Assembly: GCA_033763905.1 (NCBI GenBank)
Contig: JANRJP010000006.1
Coordinates: 1 to 54,849 of the forward strand
Length of the DNA stretch: 54,849 nucleotides
Origin: Gemmatimonadaceae bacterium
GTDB taxonomy: Bacteria > Gemmatimonadota > Gemmatimonadetes > Gemmatimonadales > Gemmatimonadaceae
Direction of reading: 5' to 3'
Made by a program: the position numbers and the translations under genes
Shown: positions 35,226-44,572 of the stretch, piece after piece
Numbering within the stretch: position 1 is the first letter of the stretch
Layout: each line of letters begins with the position of its first letter
The notes under the pieces: generated by a model
What the model was told of the DNA's origin: nothing
The model's input: the letters and a program-made list of their open reading frames with translations, nothing else
Database searches by the model: none

Positions 35226-35918
35226 ATGTCTGCGCGTATGCTGCTGATGCTGGGAATGGCGACCACGGGGCTGATGCCCGCTGCGTTGGCGGCTCAGCAG
35301 TGCGTGTCCCCCGCGACGGGCCACTACGCGTCGGCGGACTATGGCGTCGCGCCGATCGCCGGGACGCCCGCGGACGCAGCGCAGCTGGAAGTGGGATTCA
35401 CCTACGGGACCCGCGTCGACGCGGCCGCCTTGATTGGCCGCGGCAACGACCTCGTGATCGATGGGTCGTGGCACAATGGCCGCCTCGACGTCCGGGGCGG
35501 GACGCGTGACGACGGCGCGTCGTTCCGGACGCGGGCCGCGGCCACGTCGATCACTCGACTCGGCCGAGGGGTCTCCGTCTGCGCGGTAGCCGGCGCGGGC
35601 TACGCGATCTCGCGAAGTCCGTGGGGGCCGTCGCGATTCATCGATGTGCCGGTCGGGCTGGGCTTCGGCGCCACGATCTCGGCCGGCGGAATGAAGCTGA
35701 TGCCGTTCCTGCTGCCGCTGGCGACGTATTGGGCCCGCTTCGATCAGGAGAATGCGACCAGTGGGCGCGTCGAGCGCGCCGACAATGGCATCGCGCTGCT
35801 GACCGCGATGGGCGTGGCGGTGCGGATCGGCCGCATCGAAGTGCGCGCGTCGAGCCGCAACGGTGACCCGCGACTCTCGGGCGCACAAACCCAGGTGCAG
35901 GCGGCGGTCTGGTTCTAA
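35226..35918 (+). CDS. Exported hypothetical protein, possible beta-barrel
   Basis: Signal peptide ending ALAA-Q, beta-rich sequence and a terminal VWF (Bam-type aromatic end). Confidence 0.6.
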   Translation: MSARMLLMLGMATTGLMPAALAAQQCVSPATGHYASADYGVAPIAGTPADAAQLEVGFTYGTRVDAAALIGRGNDLVIDGSWHNGRLDVRGGTRDDGASFRTRAAATSITRLGRGVSVCAVAGAGYAISRSPWGPSRFIDVPVGLGFGATISAGGMKLMPFLLPLATYWARFDQENATSGRVERADNGIALLTAMGVAVRIGRIEVRASSRNGDPRLSGAQTQVQAAVWF

Positions 35919-35945
35919 GCCGACTCGGGTCGGTAGTTTGCGCGA

Positions 35946-36335
35946 ATGGACGCTGTGCAGACGGTGCGCCTCGACCAGTGGCTCTGGGCCGCGCGCTTCT
36001 TCAAGACGCGATCGCTCGCGGCCGAAGCGATCGACGGCGGCAAGATCAGCTTGAATGGGGATCGCGCGAAACGCGCGAAGGGCGTGAAAGTCGGCGATGA
36101 AGTGCGGATTCGCCAGCACGCGTTCGAGTGGATCGTGCAGGTCACCGGTCTCGGGCTCAAGCGTGGCAGCGCCGAGATCGCGGCCACGCTCTACACCGAG
36201 ACCGACGCGTCGAAGCGCGCGCGCGAGGCGCTGGCGCTGCAAATGCGCGCCGGCGGCCCCGACTTCCGACACAGCGAGGGGAAGCCCAGCAAGAAGGACC
36301 GTCGGGAACTCGAGCGGTTCAAGCGCGGCGGCTGA
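35946..36335 (+). CDS. hslR: Ribosome-associated heat shock protein Hsp15 (S4 domain)
   Basis: VRLDQWLWAARFFKTRSLA, KRGSA..A..LYTET, GKPSKKDRR. Confidence 0.93.
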   Translation: MDAVQTVRLDQWLWAARFFKTRSLAAEAIDGGKISLNGDRAKRAKGVKVGDEVRIRQHAFEWIVQVTGLGLKRGSAEIAATLYTETDASKRAREALALQMRAGGPDFRHSEGKPSKKDRRELERFKRGG

Positions 36336-36353
36336 GCGCCGACGCCGGTCGCG

Positions 36354-37067
36354 CTAGAGTGTCGCGACCACCTGCTGCAGCACGTCGGCATAGATGCGGT
36401 GGGTGCCCGCATAGTCCACGCGACCGACGGGCAGCCCCGCCGCATCGAGCCGCGCCGTCAGCAGGCCGCGGCGTTCGGGCGTGACGTACACGTCGGCATC
36501 ACCGGCCACCACGCGGAGGGCCATCGCCGCGAAGGGCCCGGGCAGTTCGACGTCGTCGGGAAACTGCGCCGCCCACAGGACCAGCGACGCGGCCCGCTCG
36601 CGGCCGCGCGCCAGCCAGCGCACCGCGGTCGTGCCGCCCTGCGAGAAGCCAAGCACGTGCACGCGCACGTTCGGCGCGCAACGCGCGCGTTCCTGCGCCA
36701 CGGCGGCGTCGAGCCACGCGATGTAGTCGGCGATCTCGTGCTCGCGGTCTTCGCGCGTCATCCACGTGGCGCCCACGCGCTGCGAGCCGCCCGCCGCGCG
36801 CGTCTCGGCCGCTTCGAGATAGAAGCGGTTCAGCGCCTCGGGGGCCATCACCCGCGTGGTGGGCGACACCAAGGGCAGCAGATGGCGCACGAAGTATTCG
36901 GCCAGCTGCCCGTAGCCGTGCAGCCCCACCCAGAGGTCGGTCACGGCGGTGCCGACGGGCCCCGAGTGCCACACGCGCGCGTGCTTCGGCACGACCAGCG
37001 TGCTCGATGTGGCGACGACCTTGACGGGGTCTCCGTGTGGTGCCGCTGCCCCGTGCCCCTGGGTCAC
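36354..37067 (-). CDS. Alpha/beta hydrolase (phospholipase/carboxylesterase family)
   Basis: LHGYGQLA, APEALNRFY, VGATWMTREDR, nucleophile LGFSQGG, GDAD, GTH. Confidence 0.88.
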   Translation of the reverse strand: MTQGHGAAAPHGDPVKVVATSSTLVVPKHARVWHSGPVGTAVTDLWVGLHGYGQLAEYFVRHLLPLVSPTTRVMAPEALNRFYLEAAETRAAGGSQRVGATWMTREDREHEIADYIAWLDAAVAQERARCAPNVRVHVLGFSQGGTTAVRWLARGRERAASLVLWAAQFPDDVELPGPFAAMALRVVAGDADVYVTPERRGLLTARLDAAGLPVGRVDYAGTHRIYADVLQQVVATL

Positions 37068-38230
37068 GCGCCGCGCACCACCGCCTGGTAGTCGCGGACG
37101 AGATCGTCGAAGATCGCGTCCCAGCTCCGCTCGCGCGCATAGGCAAGACCGGCCTCGGCCATCGCGCGGCGCGCATCGGGGGCATCGGCCAGTGCCAGAA
37201 TGGCCGCCGCGCACGCCGCGCTGTCGCCTTCCGGGAAGATGCGCCCACGCTCGTCTCCGAGGAGCTCGCGCGTCGGACCGGCCTCGGCGCCAACGATCGG
37301 CACGCCGCTCGCCATACTCTCCATCAGCACATTGCCGAAGGTGTCGGTCACGGACGGGAAGACGAACACATCGCTGGACGCGTAGAACTGCGACAGGCGA
37401 TCGCCGCCGAGCATTCCCGTGAATGTGACTTCATCGGGCACGGCCTGCCGCATCTCCTGCATATACGGCCCATCGCCGCCGAGCGCGAAGCGAATCTTGC
37501 GCGAGCCACGGGCGTCGATGACGCGACGGATCGCGTCGGTGAACACCGGCAATCCCTTTTCGACGGCGATGCGCCCGAGGTAGGTCACCAGCAGCGTGTC
37601 GTCGTCGGCGCCGAGCTCTGCACGCAAGGCCGCCGAACGGAAGCTGGGCGCGAAGCGATGCGTTTCGACCCCGCGACTCCAGATCGCCGTGTTGCGGAAC
37701 CCGTGCGCTTCGATCTCGTGTCGAATCGCGTGGGTGGGGCAGTAGGTGCGCAGGCCACTGTTGTGGAACCAGCGCATGAACGCCCATCCCGGCTCCGAAA
37801 GGACGCCGAGCTTGTAGAATCGCGCGTACGCCGACAGCGAGGTGTGATACGACGTCACGAACGGGATGCCGAGTGCACGCGCGGCGTGCCGCCCCGACAG
37901 ACCGACACCGAAGGGTGTGGCCGCGTGCACGAGGGTCGGCCGCCACGCTTCGAGGTCGGCGCGCGCCCGCGGGAAGCGTGGCAGGGCCATCTGCAACTGC
38001 GGATACGCCCAGAACGGCATCGAGGGATACCGCACCACGTGATCCTGCGGGGTCGCCTCGGGATCATCGGTGCAGAACACCCGCACCTCGCCGCCACGCG
38101 CGCGAATCGCATCCGCCAGACGCGCGAGCGTACGGCTCACCCCGTTCACCTGCGGCGGGTAGGTGTCGCTGAAGATCGCGACACGAAGCCCGGCGGCGAG
38201 GGACGCGCGCGCGGTGTCGTCGATCGTCAC
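37064..38230 (-). CDS. GT4 glycosyltransferase (Agt/MgtA-like glycolipid synthase type)
   Basis: IFSDTYPPQVNGVSRTL, TSYHT, WSRGV, GRIAVEK, DVFVFPSVTDTFGNVLMESMASGVP. Confidence 0.9.
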   Translation of the reverse strand: MTIDDTARASLAAGLRVAIFSDTYPPQVNGVSRTLARLADAIRARGGEVRVFCTDDPEATPQDHVVRYPSMPFWAYPQLQMALPRFPRARADLEAWRPTLVHAATPFGVGLSGRHAARALGIPFVTSYHTSLSAYARFYKLGVLSEPGWAFMRWFHNSGLRTYCPTHAIRHEIEAHGFRNTAIWSRGVETHRFAPSFRSAALRAELGADDDTLLVTYLGRIAVEKGLPVFTDAIRRVIDARGSRKIRFALGGDGPYMQEMRQAVPDEVTFTGMLGGDRLSQFYASSDVFVFPSVTDTFGNVLMESMASGVPIVGAEAGPTRELLGDERGRIFPEGDSAACAAAILALADAPDARRAMAEAGLAYARERSWDAIFDDLVRDYQAVVRGA

Positions 38231-38973
38231 GCGGCCACTCCCGTGGCGTGCTCCCGCACGAGATCGGCGTAGCGCATCGGCATCGCGTGGCGTGCCAGCA
38301 GGGCAGCGAGCACCTCGCGCGTGCCTGCTTCGGTCGCGGGGTGCCGCAGATCCGCCGGATGAAAGACGACCCGCGCGGTGTCGCCGGGTTTGAGCGCCGT
38401 CGCTTGGCGCGCGACCACTTCGCGCGAGACGATCGCGCGGATTGGCGTGCGTCCGCTCCAGCAGAGATTCGGCGTCGGCCGCCAAATGGCCTCGCGCACG
38501 AGAATCACGTGGCGGTGATCTTCGCCAACGCGGAGATCGAGCGCGCGCGCCGCATCCCAGCAGCCCTGTCGCGAGAGCCAGGCCGGAGGAATGAAGCCGA
38601 TCGGCGCGAGGTCGAGCCGCGTCAGCAGCGCGAGGCCACGCGTCATCCGTTCGAGTGCCCGATCGCGATCGAGCGTGAGGAACTCGCCTTCCTTGTTCGT
38701 GCGCCCCAAGGCGCGCCAGCTGTCACGCCACGTGCGCGGGAGGCCCACTTCGTCGTGCCGTTCGCCGTGCAGAAAAATTTCGGCGCCGTCCGCCACGCGC
38801 GCCTGCAGCCAGTCGACGAATGCCGTGTCGCGTTCCAGCGGCGACGCGCCGTGCCAGTTGGGCACGACGAGCAGTGCGGGCGTGACCCCTTGGGCGCGCG
38901 CCATCGCCCAGAGGCGTTCGCACTCGGGGCGGAGCGCCGGCGTGACGTCGTGAATGGAGACGAGCAGCCGCAT
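38227..38973 (-). CDS. DUF2334 / polysaccharide deacetylase-family protein
   Basis: LLVSIHDVTP, LLVVPNWHG, LHGERH, EGEF, GFIPPAW, FHPAD. Confidence 0.85.
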   Translation of the reverse strand: MRLLVSIHDVTPALRPECERLWAMARAQGVTPALLVVPNWHGASPLERDTAFVDWLQARVADGAEIFLHGERHDEVGLPRTWRDSWRALGRTNKEGEFLTLDRDRALERMTRGLALLTRLDLAPIGFIPPAWLSRQGCWDAARALDLRVGEDHRHVILVREAIWRPTPNLCWSGRTPIRAIVSREVVARQATALKPGDTARVVFHPADLRHPATEAGTREVLAALLARHAMPMRYADLVREHATGVAA

Positions 38974-38978
38974 CGGCG

Positions 38979-40283
38979 TTACCGCGCCGCCAGCACGTCG
39001 CGATAGACCGCGAAGATCCGATCGAAGACGTGGTCCCAGGCGTGCTCGCGTTCCGCGTAGGCGCGGCCCTGCAGTCCCAGCGCCGGCAGGTCACGCCGCA
39101 GCATCCGTCGCACGGCGTCCGCGACAGCGGCGGGGTTGCCGGCCTCGAAGAGCTCCCCCGCCCCCGATCGCTGCACCTGCTCCGAGACCCCACCGCGATT
39201 CGCCGAGACGACCGGTACGCCGCTCGCGAGCGCTTCGAGCGACGAGAGGCCGAAGGTCTCCTGCGAGCTGGGCGCGATGAAGAAATCGGCGGCCGCGACG
39301 ACGTCGGCGAGGGCCTCGCGATTCGTCTGGTAGGGCAGGAACATCACGCGTCGGCGACCGTGCGCGAGCGCGTGCAGCTTCTCACGCATCGGGCCATCAC
39401 CGATGATCGCCAGCGTGACGTCGGTGGTCCGTTCCACCTCGGCCCACGCGCGGACGAGCACGTCGAGTTCCTTCTCCTTCGCAAACCGGCCAACGAAGAT
39501 CGCGACCGGCCCGCTCGGCAAGCCCACGCGCGCGCGCACCTCGTCACGACGGGCGCGGCGGTCGGGATGGAAGAACGCGAGGTCCACGCCGAGCGGGACC
39601 CGGACGACGCGATCGATGCCGGCATTGCGCAACTCGGTCACCGAAAAATCCGACGCCGCGATGGTGACATCGAACATCCGGTCGAGCTTGCGCGCGTACT
39701 TCCAGGAGGCCGTATGCAACCAGCGCCGCATCGAGCCCGCGCGCTCGGGGAACGGCGCGAACACGCGCGGGAAGTTGCTGTGGAAGAAGTACACCAGCGG
39801 CGTTTCGACGCGGCGCGTCGCGAACTGGATCAGCCACGGCACCAGCCCCGGACTGCCGATCTCGATCAGATCCGGCGCCTCGTGCTCCACCACGCGGCGC
39901 GTGGAGCGCGTCGCGAGCATAAAGCGATACGGCTTCTGCTTCGGTACGGCGGGCCCGCGCAGCCGGTACGCGCGGACGCCGTCGGACTCGGTGATGGCGT
40001 CTTCGGCACCCGGTACCAGGATCACCTGCTTGAGCGCCGGCCTGGCTTCGACGTACTTCGCTTTTTCGAGCAGGTAGGTCCGGATGCCGCCTGAGGTCTC
40101 GCCGAAGAACTCCGAGATATCGAGCACCGACAGCGCCGCATCGGGGCGCCGCACGGGCGGCAACGCCATACCGCCAATGCTGATGTCGGGCGTCGGCTCC
40201 AACGGAAACAGCCGCTCGGTCAGGGGCGGTGTCGCGGCCACCCGGTCGGGTGACGGAGCGATCGACAGCGGCGAAGTCGGCAC
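38979..40283 (-). CDS. GT4 glycosyltransferase
   Basis: DISEFFGETSGGIRTYL, PDLIEIGSP, VPLGVD, VGRFAKEK, ETFGLSSLEALASGVPVV. Start uncertain (40170-40373). Confidence 0.9.
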   Translation of the reverse strand: MPTSPLSIAPSPDRVAATPPLTERLFPLEPTPDISIGGMALPPVRRPDAALSVLDISEFFGETSGGIRTYLLEKAKYVEARPALKQVILVPGAEDAITESDGVRAYRLRGPAVPKQKPYRFMLATRSTRRVVEHEAPDLIEIGSPGLVPWLIQFATRRVETPLVYFFHSNFPRVFAPFPERAGSMRRWLHTASWKYARKLDRMFDVTIAASDFSVTELRNAGIDRVVRVPLGVDLAFFHPDRRARRDEVRARVGLPSGPVAIFVGRFAKEKELDVLVRAWAEVERTTDVTLAIIGDGPMREKLHALAHGRRRVMFLPYQTNREALADVVAAADFFIAPSSQETFGLSSLEALASGVPVVSANRGGVSEQVQRSGAGELFEAGNPAAVADAVRRMLRRDLPALGLQGRAYAEREHAWDHVFDRIFAVYRDVLAAR

Positions 40284-40388
40284 AGGGGGCTCTGCGTCAA
40301 GGCGCGCCCCCGGTCGGGTAGCGCGCCTTGGGTATACCCCCAAAATGTAACGACGTTCGTGACCGACGGCCATTCGGCGGGTGACGGC

Positions 40389-41255
40389 TTACGCCGCGAC
40401 GTGCGCCACCGCAACCGGTGGTTTGGGCGACGAGAACGCCGCGGTGAGCGGCGCGCCCTGCCAACTCAGCGGCACGGCGACACCCAGCGACCAGAGCACC
40501 GTGGCCGGCAGATCCAGCCAATGCACCGATTGCTGGAGGCGCCCCGGCACCACGCCGGCGCCGGCCAGCATCACCGGAATAGTGCGGTCATCGGGATGTG
40601 CACTGTTGTGGTGCGTGCGCACCGCCCCACCGCCGCCGTGATCGGCGCACGCGATCAGCAACGTGCCCGGATCGTCCAGCACGCGATACTCGTGCACCAG
40701 CCGACCGACCGCCTGATCCAGTGTCTGTGCCGCGCGGCCGTACTGCGGGCTCATCCATCCGTGGATGTGACCCACCCGATCCGCATCGGGCAGATGCACG
40801 AACACGAAGCCATTGCCGCGCCGCGCCAGCGTGGGCTCGGCGGCATCGAGAATCTCCGGCGCCGTGTCTCCCTTCATCGACACGACCGCGGCCCCGGCGT
40901 AGCGCGCCATCCGGCTCGCCAAGGCGCGGAAGAGCCACGGCACCCGCCGCACGTGCACCGCCGTCGGCAAGCCAGCGGCGAGCAGGTTGTTGGTGATCAA
41001 CGACAAGCGGTGCGGCGCCTTGGGTAGCCGGAACTTGTCGTCGTCGACCCCGTGGATGTCGGGCGAGACGCCGGTGAACATCGAGGTCAGCGCGGCGGCC
41101 GTCACGCTGGGTGCGACACTGGTGCCGCGATCCGTCCACGCGCTTCGCGCCATCAGCGCGCGGCAATGCTGGAGGTCGAACGCATCGATCGCATCCGGAC
41201 GCAGCCCGTCGAGCACAACGAGGATCACGCGGGTCGCCAAGGGTCGAGCCGTCAT
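40389..41255 (-). CDS. Alkaline-phosphatase-superfamily (NPP-like) phosphodiesterase, no signal peptide
   Basis: VLDGLRPD, PSVT nucleophile, TGVSPDIHG, HLPDADRVGH, ADHGG, HHNS. Confidence 0.88.
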   Translation of the reverse strand: MTARPLATRVILVVLDGLRPDAIDAFDLQHCRALMARSAWTDRGTSVAPSVTAAALTSMFTGVSPDIHGVDDDKFRLPKAPHRLSLITNNLLAAGLPTAVHVRRVPWLFRALASRMARYAGAAVVSMKGDTAPEILDAAEPTLARRGNGFVFVHLPDADRVGHIHGWMSPQYGRAAQTLDQAVGRLVHEYRVLDDPGTLLIACADHGGGGAVRTHHNSAHPDDRTIPVMLAGAGVVPGRLQQSVHWLDLPATVLWSLGVAVPLSWQGAPLTAAFSSPKPPVAVAHVAA

Positions 41256-41421
41256 CACGAAACTCCGGTGTGGCGCCCACGGTAACGTGGCTACCGGCCG
41301 CCGCCCGGCGGATCGCGGTACGTGGACGCTCGCTCCGAGCACAAAGTCTCGTTGCCTCGAGACACGAGCGATGCACGGATCGGTTGCGCTCGTGTAACGA
41401 CCGCCGAGGCCGCGGCCGACC

Positions 41422-42135
41422 TCAGAGGACCAGCACGCCCACGTCGTAGAGGGCGTGTGACCACGCGGCGACGCCAAATCCGCGCGCGACGTACAAGCCG
41501 CTGAACCACAGTCCCGCCAGCGTGCGGAATACAAAGGCCTGCACGGTGAACGGCTCGCCGTAGGCGCCGACGTGGTGCATCGCGCTGAAGAGCAGCGCCG
41601 ACAGCACAACCGCCGTGCCGGTCGCCACGCCCGCCCGCGCCCCGGTGGCGGTCAGCACGAGCCAGGCGAGCACGGGAACGGCGATGACCCGAAACAGCAG
41701 CTCTTCGTACAAGCCGGCCCCGATCGAAATCGTCAGTCGTTCGCCGATCGACCAGGGCGGCGCCTCGGTGAGCATCGCGAGCAACCCAGTGCGCTGCAGC
41801 AGGGTGGCCGTCGCGACCGAGAGCACGATCCCCGTTGCCACGGCCCACGCGGCGGACTCGCCGAGCATCGCGACGAAGATCCGCGGCTTGGGCGCACCAC
41901 TGCCGCGGACATCTCGTGCGACGAACCACGCGCCGGTCAGGACCAGACCCGCCACCAGCGCCCACGGTCCATCCCGTCCGGCCACTGCCACGAAGGGCCC
42001 CAACAGCAGGGCTTCGGCGCCGTTCATCGTGGTACTGCCGGTCAGCGACGCCGAGAGGTGATACAGGACCAGCAACGGCAATGCCGCAAGCACCGCGTAG
42101 CGCGGGCGGCGGGTCAGCCGCCAGTACTCACCCAT
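41422..42135 (-). CDS. CPBP (CAAX/Abi) intramembrane metalloprotease
   Basis: AGLYEELLFR, FSAMHH, SHALYD and multiple TMs. Confidence 0.88.
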   Translation of the reverse strand: MGEYWRLTRRPRYAVLAALPLLVLYHLSASLTGSTTMNGAEALLLGPFVAVAGRDGPWALVAGLVLTGAWFVARDVRGSGAPKPRIFVAMLGESAAWAVATGIVLSVATATLLQRTGLLAMLTEAPPWSIGERLTISIGAGLYEELLFRVIAVPVLAWLVLTATGARAGVATGTAVVLSALLFSAMHHVGAYGEPFTVQAFVFRTLAGLWFSGLYVARGFGVAAWSHALYDVGVLVL

Positions 42136-42159
42136 CAGGCTGCCGAGCGACCGCGCGTG

Positions 42160-43896
42160 TCAGCGCGCGACGGCCGCGACGCCGTGCGCGGGCGAGACCG
42201 GCGTCGCACGCCGCAACTCGGAGATCCGACCCTCCACCAGCGCCACGAGCTCGCCCATCGTGTCGGCATCGAAGACGAGCTTGGCGCCCGCCGCCCGATA
42301 CATCTCGGGCAACGACACCGAGCCGCCGAGACGCAGCGCGTCCCGATACGCCCGCACGGCGGCCGCCGGATCCTCGAGCGACCGGCGCCAGACCTGCAGG
42401 GCACCCAGCTGCGCAATGCCGTACTCGATGTAGTAGAACGGATGCTCGAAGATGTGGAGCTGCCGGTACCACCGCGCGGTCCGCTCCGGCGCCAAGCCGC
42501 TCCAATCGACGCCGCGCTCGAACCGAGCGCGGATCTCGAGCCACGCGGCATCTCGCGCCGCGGCATCGTGCCCGTGACGCGACGTGTAGATCCACGCCTG
42601 GAAGGCATCGACCGAGGCGATGTGCGCGAGCGACAGGATCACGTCTTCGAGGTGCTCGAGCTGTGCGCGCCGCGCTTCGTCGGGCGTGTAGTAGCCGGTG
42701 GGCTGAATCAGATGGGGCGCCGCGAGGAGCTCCATACTCATCGACGCAAGCTCGGCGGCTTCGCTGCCAGTCCCCCGTTGCCATAGGTACGGGAGGTGCC
42801 GCGCGGCGAACACGTGGAAACAGTGCCCCGCCTCGTGCACCAGCGTATTCACGTCATCGGCCACGCCGACGGCGTTCATAAAGATGAACGGCAGCCCCTC
42901 CACCGGGAGCTTGGTGCAGTAACCACCCGGCGCCTTGCCGGTCCGGCTTTCGAGATCGAGGAGACCGGCACGATCCATCTCGGCGAACCAGTCGCCCAAC
43001 TGCGGATCGAGCGCGCCGAAGGCGCGCGTCGCCGTCTCGACGAACTGTCGCGTGTTCGCGAACGGGCGCAGGGCCGGCGCGCCATCGGGATCGACACCCA
43101 GATCCCACGGCCGCAGGGTGTCGACGCCGAGCCGCTCGCGTCGGAACTCGTGCAATCGCGCCATCGCCGGAACGACCGTCGCCTCCACCGCGTCGTGAAA
43201 GCGCGCGCAGTCCGCCGGCGTGTAGTCGAAGCGGTGCTTCGAGGCGAAGGCGTAAGCCTGATAGTCCGCGAATCCGCTATTCGACGCGATCTGCTGCCGA
43301 CGCGCGTACATCCCGTCGAAAATGTCGGAGAGCGCCTGCCGCTGCTCCAGGTAGGCGGCGGCGCCCAGACGAAACGCCTGCTCGCGCACACTGCGATCCG
43401 CGTCCTGCAGGAGCGGCTGCAGTTGAGGGATCGTCAGCGTCTCGCCGCGCCACGGCACGGTCAAGCCACCGGTGATCTTCTGGTACTGCGCGTCGAGGCC
43501 CTCGAGCTCGGAGACCAGCGGGATGTTCTCCTCACGGAAGATCCGGACATCGGTCCGAAATCGCTCCAGCGTGGTCTGCAGATCGGATCGTGTGATCTCG
43601 AGGTCGAGGAGCCGGCGCGCCAGCCGAACCTGCTGGGCGTCGGCCTGCGGGTAGATCTCGCCGTAGAACTGCAGGTAGACGCGTTCCTTCTCGGCGTCGG
43701 CGGTATCACAGGTGTAGGCCATCAAGGCCCGCGTGCCCGCCTGGGCAATCAGTTCCTCGAGGCGCGACCAATGCGCGAGCCACGATTCGGCGGTCGATGC
43801 GTCGACCGACGCCGCCGCCAAATCGTCGTAATACGGGGAAATGTCTGCCCAGCTGGCGCCGACAAAGGCATCGGGGGAGGTGGGAAGCGGCCGCAT
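42160..43896 (-). CDS. M3-family oligoendopeptidase (PepF-like)
   Basis: RFDYTP, LRPWD, GKAPGGYC, LVHEAGH zinc motif, AELASMSME, QLHIF..PFYYIEYGIAQLGA. Confidence 0.93.
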   Translation of the reverse strand: MRPLPTSPDAFVGASWADISPYYDDLAAASVDASTAESWLAHWSRLEELIAQAGTRALMAYTCDTADAEKERVYLQFYGEIYPQADAQQVRLARRLLDLEITRSDLQTTLERFRTDVRIFREENIPLVSELEGLDAQYQKITGGLTVPWRGETLTIPQLQPLLQDADRSVREQAFRLGAAAYLEQRQALSDIFDGMYARRQQIASNSGFADYQAYAFASKHRFDYTPADCARFHDAVEATVVPAMARLHEFRRERLGVDTLRPWDLGVDPDGAPALRPFANTRQFVETATRAFGALDPQLGDWFAEMDRAGLLDLESRTGKAPGGYCTKLPVEGLPFIFMNAVGVADDVNTLVHEAGHCFHVFAARHLPYLWQRGTGSEAAELASMSMELLAAPHLIQPTGYYTPDEARRAQLEHLEDVILSLAHIASVDAFQAWIYTSRHGHDAAARDAAWLEIRARFERGVDWSGLAPERTARWYRQLHIFEHPFYYIEYGIAQLGALQVWRRSLEDPAAAVRAYRDALRLGGSVSLPEMYRAAGAKLVFDADTMGELVALVEGRISELRRATPVSPAHGVAAVAR

Positions 43897-44088
43897 TTCG
43901 GCAAAGTCAACAGGTGCGGCGCAGATGTCGAGTGCCTCGGCAGAATTCGCCCTTGCAATGGGCAAATATCACAAAATCCGTGTGACCCTTCTGCCGATAC
44001 CCCAGAAGAGGGGGGCGACCGTCAACCGTCCCTCCCCCCTGCCGCACCCTCCGCACCGAGGCGTGCACCCCTTTAGCTTATGCGTCGT

Positions 44089-44526
44089 ATGGCCAGCCCC
44101 GCCGCTCCGATTCCGAACGCCTCTGAGGTCAGTCTCCCCCTCGGACCGGCGATGTCGCGAACGCGCCGGCTGGTGATGCTTGCGCTCGGGTGGGTGTCGC
44201 TCGGGCTGGGCATTCTGGGGATGTTCCTCCCCCTGCTGCCGACGACCTGCTTCCTGCTGGGCGCGGCGTGGGCCTTCAGCCGCAGTTCACCGGCCCTGCA
44301 CCGCTGGATGCTGACCAACCGCTGGTTTGGCGGCTACCTCCGCGACTACAAGGAGGGGCGCGGCTTTCCCGCCCGAGTCAAGCTGGTCTCGCTGGGCGTG
44401 ATGTGGGGGACGATGGCGCTCACCGTCGCTGCCGTGCCGACCCTGTGGCTCGCCGCCGTGCTCGCCGTGATTGGCGGCGCGGTGACGTGGCACCTGTATC
44501 AGCTACCGACGAAGCAGCCCGCCTGA
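44089..44526 (+). CDS. ybaN: YbaN/DUF454 inner-membrane protein
   Basis: LGILGMFLPLLPTTCFLL.AAWAFSRSSP.LH.W. Start uncertain (44080, 44089 or 44152). Confidence 0.88.
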   Translation: MASPAAPIPNASEVSLPLGPAMSRTRRLVMLALGWVSLGLGILGMFLPLLPTTCFLLGAAWAFSRSSPALHRWMLTNRWFGGYLRDYKEGRGFPARVKLVSLGVMWGTMALTVAAVPTLWLAAVLAVIGGAVTWHLYQLPTKQPA

Positions 44527-44572
44527 TTCGCTCGTCCCGACGCCGCGCTCGGCCGGGACACGCTGCAGTGGA

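Noticed and set aside
43969..43985. CRP/FNR site or c-di-GMP riboswitch
   Set aside because: The half-sites are reversed relative to TGTGA-N6-TCACA, and GEMM-type elements beyond GGCAAA are missing.
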